Part shown: piece by piece, positions 15,117-24,651 of the stretch
How the letters are laid out: each line of letters starts with the position of its first letter
How positions within the stretch are numbered: the stretch's first letter is position 1
NCBI GenBank assembly: GCA_963708135.1
Contig: OY970192.1
Coordinates: 2,432,001 to 2,496,000, forward strand
Reading direction: 5' to 3'
From: an uncultured Gemmatimonadales bacterium
GTDB taxonomy: Bacteria > Gemmatimonadota > Gemmatimonadetes > Longimicrobiales > RSA9
DNA: 64,000 nt
The notes under the pieces: generated by a model
What the model was told of the DNA's origin: nothing
Database searches by the model: none
What the model saw: only the letters and a program-made list of their open reading frames with translations
Position numbers and translations under genes: made by a program

Positions 15117-16565
15117 TCACCCCCTCCTCCACCTCGCCCCCTGCGCCGTATCCTCGACGACCACGCCCGCGGCAGTCAGCTCCTCGCGGATCGCGTCGGC
15201 GGCGGCGAAATCGCGGGCCTTGCGCGCCGCCTGGCGCGCGGACAGCCGCTCCTCGACCCAGGCGGCGAAGTCCTCGTCGACGCCGGGCGCGTGGGCGTGG
15301 GCGAGCGAGATCACGCCGAGCACCTCGTCGGCGCGGCGCAGCGCGGCGAGTGCCGTGTCGCGCTCGGCCGCCGCCACGCTGCCGGAGGCATCGAGCGCGG
15401 CGTTGCCCTGGCGCACGAACGTGAAGAGGGCGGCGAGCGCGGCGGGGGTGTTCAGGTCCTCGTCGAGCGCGGCCTCGAAGTCCCGGAGCAGGGTCTCGGC
15501 GAGCGCGGGCAGCGGCGAGGGGGGCGCGTCGGGCGAGGTCGTCGCCTTCTCGAGGCGGGTCTCGAACTCCACGAGCCGGCGGACCGCCGCCGCGGCGTCA
15601 TCCAGCCCGTCCTCGCTGAAGTTGAGCTCCTTGCGGTAGTGGGCGGAGAGGAGCAGGTAGCGGATGGCGGCGGGGCTGCGGCCGTCCTCGAGCAGCGCGC
15701 GCAGGGTGACGAAGTTGCCGAGCGACTTCGACATCTTCTCGGCGTTGATCGTCAGGTGCTTCACGTGCAGCCAGGTGCGCACGAAGGGCTCGCCGGTGGC
15801 GGCCTCGGACTGCGCGATCTCGTCCTCGTGGTGCGGGAAGATGAGGTCCTCGCCGCCCACGTGGATGTCGAAGGTGTCGCCGAGCTCGGCCATGCTCATG
15901 GCGGAGCACTCGATGTGCCAGCCGGGGCGGCCCTCGCCCCACGGCGTCGGCCAGACCGCGCCGACCCGGCGGTCGGCATCGCGGGAGGCCTTCCACAGCG
16001 CGAAGTCGCGCGCATCCTCCTTGAAGTCGTCCGCGTCCGCGACCCGCGCCCGCTGCTCGAGCCCCGCGCCGGAGCGGATCTCGCGAGTGTCCAGCCTGGA
16101 CAGGCGGCCGTAGGCGGGGAACGAGGAGATGTCGAAGTACACGGAGCCGCCGGCCTCGTAGGCGTGCCCGCGCTCGAGGAGGCGGCCGATCAGCTCGACC
16201 ATCTGCTCGATGTGGTGCGTGGCCCGGGGGTAGACGTCGGCGGGGCGCACGCCCAGCGTCTCGAGGTCCTCGAAGAAGCCGCGGGCGACGCTCTCCGTGA
16301 ACGCGTCCAGCGCGATGTCCGCCTCCGCCGCGCCATTGATGGTGCGGTCGTCCACGTCCGTCAGGTTCATGACGAAGCGGACGTCGAGCCCCTTCCACTC
16401 GAGGGTGCGGTGCACCAGGTCCGAGAAGAGGAACGTGCGGTAGTTGCCGATGTGCGGCAGCTTGTAGACCGTGGGGCCGCACGCGTACATGCCGATGCGG
16501 CCCGGCTCGAGCGGCTCGAGCGGCTCGAGCGCGCGGCTGAGCGTGTTGTAGAGCTTGAGCGCCAT
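15117..16565 (-). CDS. cysS: cysteine--tRNA ligase
   Basis: MYACGPTVY, HIGN, GRPGWHIECSAM, DLIFPHHEDE, KMSKS. Confidence 0.97.
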   Translation of the reverse strand: MALKLYNTLSRALEPLEPLEPGRIGMYACGPTVYKLPHIGNYRTFLFSDLVHRTLEWKGLDVRFVMNLTDVDDRTINGAAEADIALDAFTESVARGFFEDLETLGVRPADVYPRATHHIEQMVELIGRLLERGHAYEAGGSVYFDISSFPAYGRLSRLDTREIRSGAGLEQRARVADADDFKEDARDFALWKASRDADRRVGAVWPTPWGEGRPGWHIECSAMSMAELGDTFDIHVGGEDLIFPHHEDEIAQSEAATGEPFVRTWLHVKHLTINAEKMSKSLGNFVTLRALLEDGRSPAAIRYLLLSAHYRKELNFSEDGLDDAAAAVRRLVEFETRLEKATTSPDAPPSPLPALAETLLRDFEAALDEDLNTPAALAALFTFVRQGNAALDASGSVAAAERDTALAALRRADEVLGVISLAHAHAPGVDEDFAAWVEERLSARQAARKARDFAAADAIREELTAAGVVVEDTAQGARWRRG

Positions 16566-16575
16566 CGTCCGCTCC

Positions 16576-17547
16576 CTACCTCCCCGGCTCGGCCGCGCCC
16601 CGCCCCGCGAGCGCGCCATCGCCCGCGGGCTCCGGCCGCTGGCCGTCCCCCCAGTAGAACGTCATGTGCGGGAACGGGATCTCGATCCCCTCCGCGTCGA
16701 AGCGGTTCTTCACCCGCCGGCGCAGCTCGCGTGCAATGTCCCACTGCTTGAGCGGCAGCGTCTTGGCCATGACGCGCACGACCACCGCCGAGTCGCCAAA
16801 TTCCTGCACGCCCGGCACGACCGGCTCCTCCAGCAGCAGCGGCGCCCACTCGGTGTCGCCGTACAGCTGCTCGCACAGCTCGCGCAGCACCGCGATCACC
16901 CGGTCCACGTCCTCCTTGTACGCCACCCCGATGTCCAGCACGGCGCGCGACCACGACTTGGTCAGGTTGCTGACCATGGTGACCTCGCCGTTCGGGATGA
17001 TGTGGACCACGCCCTCGACGTCGCGCAGCACGGTCGTGCGCAGGGTGATCTTCTCGACCGTGCCGGCCGTGCCGCCGATGCGGACCACGTCGCCGATGCC
17101 GAACTGCCCCTCCATCAGCATGAACGTGCCGTTGATGATGTCCTTCACGAGCGACTGCGCGCCGAAGGAGAAGGCCAGCCCGACGATGCCGACGGACGCG
17201 AGCAGCGGCGCGATGTCGATGTACTGCTTCAGGACCATCAGGGCCGCGATGGTCGCGATGCTGAACACCGCCACGTTGTTCAGCAGGCTGGCGATCGTCT
17301 GGACGCGCTGCTCGCGCACCCGCTTCACCAGCGGGTCCTCCTCCTCGATCTGGTGCATCACGAGGCGGTGCGTGAACAGCTTGGTCAGCCGGTAGGCAAC
17401 GAAGGCGACGACCACGATGATGACGGTCGCGATGAGGTCGGCGACGAGCCGCTCCGCGTTGAATCCGGGCAGCAGGCGCAGCCCCCCCGTGTCCGCTCCG
17501 GCCGCCGCCGCCCGGCCCGCCAGCACCCGTGCGGCCTGGAGCATCAC
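16576..17547 (-). CDS. small-conductance mechanosensitive channel (MscS family)
   Basis: GIVGLAFSFGAQSLVKDIING, GDVVRIG...GTVEKITLRTT, IIPNG, GIEIPFP. Confidence 0.92.
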   Translation of the reverse strand: MMLQAARVLAGRAAAAGADTGGLRLLPGFNAERLVADLIATVIIVVVAFVAYRLTKLFTHRLVMHQIEEEDPLVKRVREQRVQTIASLLNNVAVFSIATIAALMVLKQYIDIAPLLASVGIVGLAFSFGAQSLVKDIINGTFMLMEGQFGIGDVVRIGGTAGTVEKITLRTTVLRDVEGVVHIIPNGEVTMVSNLTKSWSRAVLDIGVAYKEDVDRVIAVLRELCEQLYGDTEWAPLLLEEPVVPGVQEFGDSAVVVRVMAKTLPLKQWDIARELRRRVKNRFDAEGIEIPFPHMTFYWGDGQRPEPAGDGALAGRGAAEPGR

Positions 17548-17972
17548 GGCAGCAGCCGGATCTGGGTGATCCGCCAGCCGTCCGACTCCCGGACGAGCGC
17601 CAGGAACACCGTCGCGTGCTCGGGGATCGTGGTGCCGCGCGTGCGCGTGAACCAGGCCAGCTCGCCGAACGCGCGCGGCGGCGCGCCACCCACGATCTGC
17701 GCCAGCCCCGCGCGCAGCGTGACCGTCTCCCGGTCGTCGAAGATCCGCCGCAGCATGGCCGCCGCCTGGCGCGCGCCGAGCGGGCCGACCGGGCCGCCGT
17801 TCACGTCGATCGACAGCCCCGAGCGGGACGCCAACGCCGCCACGCCGGCCGCATCACCGTGCGCCCACGCGTTGGCGAAGCGGTCGAGCGCGCGCTCCAG
17901 CTCCTGGGCATGCAGGGGGCCGGCCACCGCCAGGAGGAGCGCGACGGCGAGCAGCAGCGGGCGCCGCATCAT
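17544..17972 (-). CDS. exported hypothetical protein (possibly NTF2-like fold)
   Basis: Signal peptide, FANAWAHGDA start, GWRITQI end; overlaps both neighbours. Confidence 0.65.
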   Translation of the reverse strand: MMRRPLLLAVALLLAVAGPLHAQELERALDRFANAWAHGDAAGVAALASRSGLSIDVNGGPVGPLGARQAAAMLRRIFDDRETVTLRAGLAQIVGGAPPRAFGELAWFTRTRGTTIPEHATVFLALVRESDGWRITQIRLLP

Positions 17973-18676
17973 TCACCGGCCTCCACCATGCCGGCGATCT
18001 CCTCGTTGATGCGCTCCGCGACGGCCACGGGATCCTCCGCGCCGGTGATCGGCCGCCCGATCACGAGGTAGTCGGCGCCGGCACGCACCGCCTCCGCCGG
18101 CGTGGCGATGCGGGCCTGGTCGCCCTGCAGCTCGCCCGCGGGCCGGATCCCCGGCGTCACCACCAGGAAGTCCGCGCCGTAGCGGCGCTTCATGACCTCG
18201 GCCTCGAGCGCGGAGGTGACGATGCCGTGGAGCCCCGCGTCCGCGGCCAGCCCGGCAAGGCGCGCCACCTCCTCGCGCATTGACAGCAGCTCCTTGCCCC
18301 AGACCTCCTCGACGTCTCCCGGCGTGAACGACGTGAGCAGCGTCACGCCGAGCAGCCGTGGCCCATCGTCTCCGGCCGCCTCCCGTGCCGCCCGCAGCAT
18401 GGCCGTGCCGCCGGACGCGTGCAGCGTGAGCATCTCGACCTCGAGCTCCGCGGCCGCCCGCACAGCCTGCGCGACGGTGTTCGGGATGTCATGGAACTTC
18501 AGATCGAGGAAGACGCGGCGGCCGCGCTCGCGCAGCGCGTGCACGATCTCCGGACCGCCGCGCGTGAAGAGGGACGGGCCGATCTTGTAGAAGTCGACGG
18601 TGTCGCCGAGGCGGTTCACGAGCTGGAGCGCCCGGGCGACCTCCGGCAGGTCGAGCGCGACGATGATCTCAGGCAT
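17969..18676 (-). CDS. pyrF: orotidine-5'-phosphate decarboxylase
   Basis: IIVALD, VFLDLKFHDIPNTV, VTPGIRP, GADYLVIGRPI. Confidence 0.96.
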   Translation of the reverse strand: MPEIIVALDLPEVARALQLVNRLGDTVDFYKIGPSLFTRGGPEIVHALRERGRRVFLDLKFHDIPNTVAQAVRAAAELEVEMLTLHASGGTAMLRAAREAAGDDGPRLLGVTLLTSFTPGDVEEVWGKELLSMREEVARLAGLAADAGLHGIVTSALEAEVMKRRYGADFLVVTPGIRPAGELQGDQARIATPAEAVRAGADYLVIGRPITGAEDPVAVAERINEEIAGMVEAGE

Positions 18677-19622
18677 GCGCGGCCTTGTGCGGGGAAGGCG
18701 CGCGCCCGCCGGCGTGCGCCGCTCCGACCAGCTCGCGGACGTCGGCCACCCGCTGCCGCCGGCCGAGCCGTTCGAGTCCAGACAATACACGCGCGGCCGC
18801 GCGAGGGTCCGCGAAACTGGCCGTCCCGACCTGCACCAGCGAGGCTCCCGCGAGCAGGTACTGCATGGCATCTTCCGCCGTGCGGATCCCGCCCACGCCC
18901 AGGATCGGCACGTCCACACGCCGCCTCGCCTGCCACACCGCGTGCACCCCGATCGGCAGGAGCGCCGGCCCGCTCACCCCACCCGGCCCCTGCCCCAGCA
19001 CCGGCCGCCGCGTCTCCAGGTCGAAGAGCAGCCCCGGATGCGTGTTCACCAGCGTGAGCCCGTCCGCCCCCTCGCCCACCACCACCTCCGCCATGCGGCC
19101 GATGTCGGGGACGTTCGGCGCGAGCTTGACCACCAGCGGCCGGCTCGTGGCCGCGCGGCAGGCGCGCACCACCGCCGCGAGCAGGTCCTCGCGCGCGGAG
19201 AAGAGCGCGCCGCCCTCCTTCACGTTCGGGCAGGAGACGTTCAGCTCGAAGGCGTGGAAGCCGGCCTCGCCGTCCAGCGCGGCCACCAGCCGCGCGAACT
19301 CCTCGACCGTCGCGCCGGCCACGTTCACCAGCACCCGCGCCCGCCTCAGGCGCTGCGCCAGCCACGGCAGCTTCTCCGCGCGGAACGCGTCGAGCCCGAC
19401 GTTCGCGAGCCCCACGGAGTTCAGCATCCCGGCGCCGAACTCCGCCACCCGCGGCGCGGGGTTGCCCGCGCGCGGCTCCAGCGTGAGCCCCTTGGTCACG
19501 AGCCCGCCGAGCGCATCGAGCTCGATCAGCTCCGAGAGCTCCTCGCCGTAGCCGCACGTGCCGCTGGCCAGCAGCACGGGGTTCTGGAAGGTCGTCCCGA
19601 ACAGCTCCTGCGCGAGCTCCAA
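18669..19622 (-). CDS. pyrD: dihydroorotate dehydrogenase (class 1)
   Basis: NPVLLASGTCG, MLNSVGLANVG, ELNVSCPNV, VKLAPN, GGVSGP; TTG start after GGAGG. Confidence 0.93.
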   Translation of the reverse strand: MELAQELFGTTFQNPVLLASGTCGYGEELSELIELDALGGLVTKGLTLEPRAGNPAPRVAEFGAGMLNSVGLANVGLDAFRAEKLPWLAQRLRRARVLVNVAGATVEEFARLVAALDGEAGFHAFELNVSCPNVKEGGALFSAREDLLAAVVRACRAATSRPLVVKLAPNVPDIGRMAEVVVGEGADGLTLVNTHPGLLFDLETRRPVLGQGPGGVSGPALLPIGVHAVWQARRRVDVPILGVGGIRTAEDAMQYLLAGASLVQVGTASFADPRAAARVLSGLERLGRRQRVADVRELVGAAHAGGRAPSPHKAAHA

Positions 19623-19633
19623 GCGTCCTCCCG

Positions 19634-21320
19634 TCAGTGCCCGAGGGTGTCCCGGTCCCGGCTGCGCGCTCTCAGGCGGCCCACGGCCGTCGTGTCCACG
19701 AAGGCGAGGGTGTCGGCCCGGAGGAAGAACGCCAGCTTCACGCTGTCCTGCCGCAGGCACGCGCCGCGTACGCTGTCCGCCCGGATCCCCTTGAGCGCCA
19801 GGCTGTCCATGAGGCTGCCGCACGCCAGAATGCACGCTGTCCGCCTCCGCCGCCTTCTTCACGCTGTCCAGCGCCGCCACCGCCTGCGCCACGCCGGCAT
19901 CGCGCCCTTCCGCCTCGTGCTCGGCGTTCGTCCGCAACGCCGAGAGCGCCGCCGACAGCCGCTCCTCCGCGTCCGAGAACGCGCCCGGCTCCGCCGCCGT
20001 ACCCCGCACCGCCGCCAGGTAGACGTTCCCGTCATAGCCTTCCAGGCGACGTCGCAGCGAATCCCTCGCCGCGCCCGCAGGCGCCACCGCCGCCGCCGCG
20101 AGCAGCGCCTTGGCCGCCCACGGCGAACGCGGCACCAGGTCCGCGTAGGACGTGAAGAAGCGGCGCGCGAGCACCGGCGCCGCCAGCACGTCGCGGGCGA
20201 GCTCCGCCGCCTCGAAGAGCGCCAGCGGCTGTCCGGACGCCGCGAGCCCCGCCAGCACCTCCACTGTCTTCAGGCCGTGCAGCAGCGCCTGCGCCTCGGC
20301 GTCGGCCACGGCCGGCAGCAGGGTGGCGCGGACCGACGCGAGCCCCGGCAGGTCGCTCACCCGGGCCAGCTCCCAGCGGGCGAGGCGCACCCGGGCACGC
20401 GCCGCCGTGCGCGCGTCCGCGGCCTGCGCCAGATCGTGCGCCTCCCGCCGCGCGGATGCGGTGTCGCCCGCCTCCTCCGCGAGCTGCGCCCGCTCGAGCA
20501 GCAGCGTCGAGCGCGGCCGCGCCGTCCAGAGCGCCTTGCCGACGGGCTCCAGCAGCGACCTTGCCGTATCCGCCCCCCACCGCTCCGCCGCCGCCCGCGC
20601 CAGCGCCGCGATGCTGTCGGCGGCGCCGTCGGCATCCGGATCCCTGAACAGCGCGCCCAGCGCGGCCGCCGCCCGCGCCCGCCCGCCGCCCACCACGGCG
20701 CGGCGCACGGCCTCCAGCCGGGCGTCCCGGCCGAGCGTGCCGGGCGCGCCGGCCGCCGCCTCCAGGTCGCGCCAGGCGCCCGCGGAATCGTCCGCCGCGA
20801 AGCGGGCCCGCGCGCGCCACAGGTGCGCGAACGCCGTCGCCTGCTGCCCCGGCTCGAGCACGGCGAGGGCGGAGTCGAGCTGGACGAGCCCGGCCGCCGC
20901 ATCGTCGATCCGCACCTCCGAGGCGCCCAGGTAGGCGTGCGCCTCGGCGCGCATGCGGCGGTCACCCGCGAGCGGCAGCAGCCGCGTAAAGCTGACGCGC
21001 GCGGAGTCGTACTGCGCGAGCGCGAACTGCGAGCGGCCGATCAGGTAGAGCGCGTCATCCGACCAGCGGCCGTGGGGCGCGCGCTTGAGGCTCTTGCGCG
21101 CCTTCTCCACCGCCTGCCCGTAGTCGGTCCGCGCGGTGGCGCGGTCGCCCTTGGACTCCGCGCGTTGCGCCTGGCCGTACAGCCGGCGCGCGTTGTAGAG
21201 CGAGTTGAAGTACGCGCAGGCCGGGAGGCTGAGCGCCACGAGCGCCGCCGCGAGGATGCCGCGCAGCCGCGCGCCTCCCGGCGAGCGGCCGGCCGGGGCC
21301 GCGCTTCGCCGCGCGCTCAT
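19634..21320 (-). CDS. TPR-repeat lipoprotein (apparent frameshift near 19832)
   Basis: Lipobox LPAC-AYFNSLYNA, TPR motif WSDDALYLIGRSQF. The C-terminus ILACGSLMDSLALKG...DTLGH* is in a second frame ending at TGA 19634. Confidence 0.75.
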
Positions 21321-22123
21321 CCGCCACCCCCCGCGTGCACCAGACGCGGGTGCGACAGGAAGAAGGCGTCCACCGCATCCGCCAGCGCGTGCGCGATCCT
21401 GTCCTGGAATGCCGAGCCCGCGAGCAGCCGCTCCTCCTTCCGGTCCGAGATGAAGGCCGTCTCCACCAGCACGGCCGGCATGAACGCGCCCACGAGCACG
21501 CGGAACCCCGCCTGCTTCACGCCGCGGTTCGGCCCCGGCTCGAAGGCCGCCAGCCGCCGCTGGACGATCTCCGCCAGGTCGTCGGAGGCGTGGATGTAGT
21601 AGTCGTTGCGCAGGTTGTTCAGGATCCTGTCCACGTCCGACCCCGTGGTCGCGCCCGCGTCCTCGTAGCGAGTCGCCTCGTTCTCCATCTCCGCCACCCG
21701 CCGCTCGTCCTCCGTCCGCGCGTCCGAGAGGAAGTACGTCTCGAAGCCGCGCGAGCCGGGGACCCCGGCGTTGCAGTGGATCGACACGAACAGGGAAGCC
21801 GCCCGCCCCGCCTTCCATTCGTTCGCCCGGCGCGGCCGGTCCGCCAGCGAGATCAGCGTGTCCCGCGCCCGCGTCAGGTGCACCTCGTAGCCCCGCTGCC
21901 GCAGCACCGCGCCGAGCTGCTTCGACAGCGCCAGCGTGACGTCCTTCTCGCGCACGCCGTCCGGCCCGATCCGCCCGGCATCCCGGCCGCCGTGCCCGGC
22001 ATCGATCACCACGACCCGCCCCGCGCCCATGGTCGGGTGCGCGGAGGCGGTCCGTGCCGTCTGCGCCACGGCGGACAGGGAGAGGGGCAGCAGCAGCGCC
22101 AGCAGGAGGAGGGCTCGCATCAT
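21317..22123 (-). CDS. N-acetylmuramoyl-L-alanine amidase (Amidase_3)
   Basis: Signal peptide, VVIDAGHGGRD, EKDVTL, FVSIHCN, MPAVLVETAF. Confidence 0.93.
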   Translation of the reverse strand: MMRALLLLALLLPLSLSAVAQTARTASAHPTMGAGRVVVIDAGHGGRDAGRIGPDGVREKDVTLALSKQLGAVLRQRGYEVHLTRARDTLISLADRPRRANEWKAGRAASLFVSIHCNAGVPGSRGFETYFLSDARTEDERRVAEMENEATRYEDAGATTGSDVDRILNNLRNDYYIHASDDLAEIVQRRLAAFEPGPNRGVKQAGFRVLVGAFMPAVLVETAFISDRKEERLLAGSAFQDRIAHALADAVDAFFLSHPRLVHAGGGG

Positions 22124-22590
22124 CGTCCCGCGCGGAAGGCGCGCTCGACCTCCCGCTCGGCCGCGCGCTTCTTCAGGTCCTCGCGCTTGTCGTAGAGCTT
22201 CTTGCCCCGCCCGAGGGCGAGGGTCACCTTGATGTGGCCGTGGCTGAGGTAGAGGTCGAGCGGCACGAGCGTGAGCCCCTTCTCCTGCACGGCACCGATC
22301 AGCCGCCGGATCTCGGAGCGGTGCAGCAGCAGCTTGCGCGGCCGGACCGGGTCCGTGTTCCAGCGGCTCGCGGGGTCGTACGGGCTCACGTGCATGTCGT
22401 GCAGCCAGACCTCGCCGCGGTCCACGCGGCCAAAGGCCTCGGCCAGGCTCGCCCTCCCCGCCCGCACCGACTTGACCTCGGGCCCGGTCAGCACGATCCC
22501 CGCCTCCCACGTGTCCAGCACGTGGTAGTCGTGGCGCGCCTTCTTGTTCCGGGCAAGGAATTTCCTCGTGTCCGTGCTGGGCTTGGCCAT
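22120..22590 (-). CDS. smpB: SsrA-binding protein
   Basis: NKKARHDY, EAGIVLTGPEVKSVR, RKLLLH, GKKLYDKRE. Confidence 0.97.
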   Translation of the reverse strand: MAKPSTDTRKFLARNKKARHDYHVLDTWEAGIVLTGPEVKSVRAGRASLAEAFGRVDRGEVWLHDMHVSPYDPASRWNTDPVRPRKLLLHRSEIRRLIGAVQEKGLTLVPLDLYLSHGHIKVTLALGRGKKLYDKREDLKKRAAEREVERAFRAGR

Positions 22591-22639
22591 GTGCGATCAA
22601 TCTATCCGGCGGCGGCGGGCCGCGGAAGTCGTGGCGGGC

Positions 22640-23278
22640 TCAGTAGATGAGGACCGGCGTCCCCACGTCCACCAGGTAGTACAGCTCGCGCGCGTCCTCG
22701 TTCGTGAAGCGGATGCAGCCGTGCGAGACGCGCCGCTCCGCGGGGTCCGGCCGGAGCACCAGGTCGGGGTGATCCGTGCCGTGCATCGCCAGCTCGTAGC
22801 CGATGTAGAGGGCCGTCGTGCCCAGCGTCCCCGGCTGCCGGCGGTCCGGCGCATCCGCCGACGGCACCGGCTGCCCCTCCTCAATGTAGGCCCAGTCCGG
22901 CTTCACCCACACCGGGTCCTTCTCCTTGCGCTCGACCCGGAACACCCCCCGCGGCGTGCCGAACTTCCACGCCCGCTGGCTGTGCTCCAGCCGGAACCCC
23001 GTCCCCGTGGCTACGGGCGCGCTCCACAGCACCCGCCGCCCCTCGAGGACGTAGGCCCGGTTCTCCGCCAGGTGGATCACTACGTAGCGGCCCGGCGCCT
23101 CGAGCGCCGCCCGGTCGAGCACGGTCCCGGCGGCGGCGGCGGCGCCCACCTCCGGCGCAGCGGCGCCGAAGCGCAGCGCAATGCCGTCCGTGCCGTCCTG
23201 CGCGCCCGCGCCCCGGGGCGCGAGCGCCAGCAGCGCGAGGCCGAGCGCCTGCCCGGCCCGCGCCCACGTCCGCCTCAT
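22640..23278 (-). CDS. L,D-transpeptidase (YkuD family)
   Basis: Signal peptide, PVATG, TPRGVF, MHGT...VSHGCIR, VDVGTPVLIY. Confidence 0.9.
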   Translation of the reverse strand: MRRTWARAGQALGLALLALAPRGAGAQDGTDGIALRFGAAAPEVGAAAAAGTVLDRAALEAPGRYVVIHLAENRAYVLEGRRVLWSAPVATGTGFRLEHSQRAWKFGTPRGVFRVERKEKDPVWVKPDWAYIEEGQPVPSADAPDRRQPGTLGTTALYIGYELAMHGTDHPDLVLRPDPAERRVSHGCIRFTNEDARELYYLVDVGTPVLIY

Positions 23279-24140
23279 CCCAGCCGCTCCTTCTGCCGTC
23301 TGCGGATCCGCTTCATCGCGAAGATCTGCGCCACCTCGCCGCCGAGGATGAACACCACGGCGGAGTAATAGATCCAGAGCACGAGTACCACCAGCGTGGC
23401 CAGGTTGCCGTACATCGAGGTGTAGTCCGCCAGGCTGGTGACGTACCAGGAGAAGCCCTGCTTGAGCAGCTCGAAGAGGACCGCCGTGAAGGTGGCCGCC
23501 ACAATGGAGGTGCGCCATTGGGTGCGGCGCGCCGGCAGGTAGCGGTAGACGAGCACGAACATGACCCAGATGGAGAGGAACGCCACCGCCTCGACGTAGA
23601 CCTGGTGCGGGCCCGGCTGGTCGAGCTGGAACCCGAACACGCGCAGCCCGAAGCCCGCGATCACGTCCACCGCCACCGTCAGGCCGACGTTCAGCGTGAA
23701 CAGCGCGCCCGCCGCGAAGACCATCTTCACGTCGAAGATCTTGCCGGCAATGATGCCGCGGTCCTGGGCCAGGTCGAACACCTGCTTGAGCGTCGAGCGG
23801 AGCGTGCCGATCAGGCGGGTGGCGAACCAGATCAGCCCGACCATGCCGATGCTCAGCAAGCCCGTCGAACTGGTCCACCAGTCCGTGCAGCAGCTGCGCG
23901 ATCCACTGCTCGAACTGCGGGCTCACGGGGGGAATGCTGCGCAGGACGATGTCGAGCAGCTTGCCGGTGGGATTGCCCTCCTGCTGGCGCAGGATGAAGC
24001 CGGCCATCCCCAGCACGGCCAGGATCAATGGGACGAAGGCGACGAGCACGTTGAACGCGATCGCCGCCGCCATGAAGAAGATGTCGTCCGCGCCCGCCTT
24101 GTCCCAGATCCGGCGGATGAAGTCCTGCCCCCCGCGCCAC
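23275..24140 (-). CDS. YihY/virulence factor BrkB family membrane protein (apparent frameshifts near 23868 and 24130)
   Basis: MAAAIAFNVLVAFVPL in one frame; YRYLP, FELLKQGFSWY, MYGNLATLVVLVLWIYYSA...LGGE in the next. Confidence 0.8.
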
Positions 24141-24161
24141 CCGCGCCCCGCGGCGGACCCC

Positions 24162-24602
24162 TCAGTCGCGGGCTTCGTCGTCCTCCTCCAGCTCGACCTC
24201 GATCTCGAGATCGGACTGCCCCTCCGCCGTGTACGCCCGGCGCGCTTCGTCGAAGGTCTCGCGCGTCTCGCGGATGCGACGCTCCATGTCCGCCCGCGTC
24301 TCGCGCGCCGCCGTCCGGCCCGTGTCGAGGGCATCGCGCGCCGCGTCCATCGTGCCGCCCACCTGGCGCCGCACGCTCTCCACCGTGTCGCCGACCGCGT
24401 CCTGCACCTGCCGCACCGCGTCCTCCGCCCGGTCGCGGACGCGGCGGGCGCCATCCCGCAGCCCCTCGCGCGTCTCCCGCCCCGAGCGCGGCGCGAGCAG
24501 CAGCGCCGCCCCCGCCCCGAGCATCAGTCCCCAAACGAACGCCCGGAAGCCGCCTGTCTCCCGCTCCACCACGATGTAGGGTAGCTCCTCGTAGTCGCTC
24601 AT
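24162..24602 (-). CDS. YtxH-domain protein
   Basis: FVWGLMLGAGAALLLAPRSGRETR followed by a helical repeat. Confidence 0.9.
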   Translation of the reverse strand: MSDYEELPYIVVERETGGFRAFVWGLMLGAGAALLLAPRSGRETREGLRDGARRVRDRAEDAVRQVQDAVGDTVESVRRQVGGTMDAARDALDTGRTAARETRADMERRIRETRETFDEARRAYTAEGQSDLEIEVELEEDDEARD

Positions 24603-24651
24603 GTCGCAATCGCTCCTGTCGGGACGCACGCTCCGGCGCGTGCGGCGGGGT

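Noticed and set aside
18669..21818. Novel 1049-aa TPR-PyrD fusion protein
   Set aside because: Explained by a frameshift; pyrD has its own SD and start codon.
22120..22640. tmRNA gene beside smpB
   Set aside because: No space for it and no tRNA-Ala-like ends.
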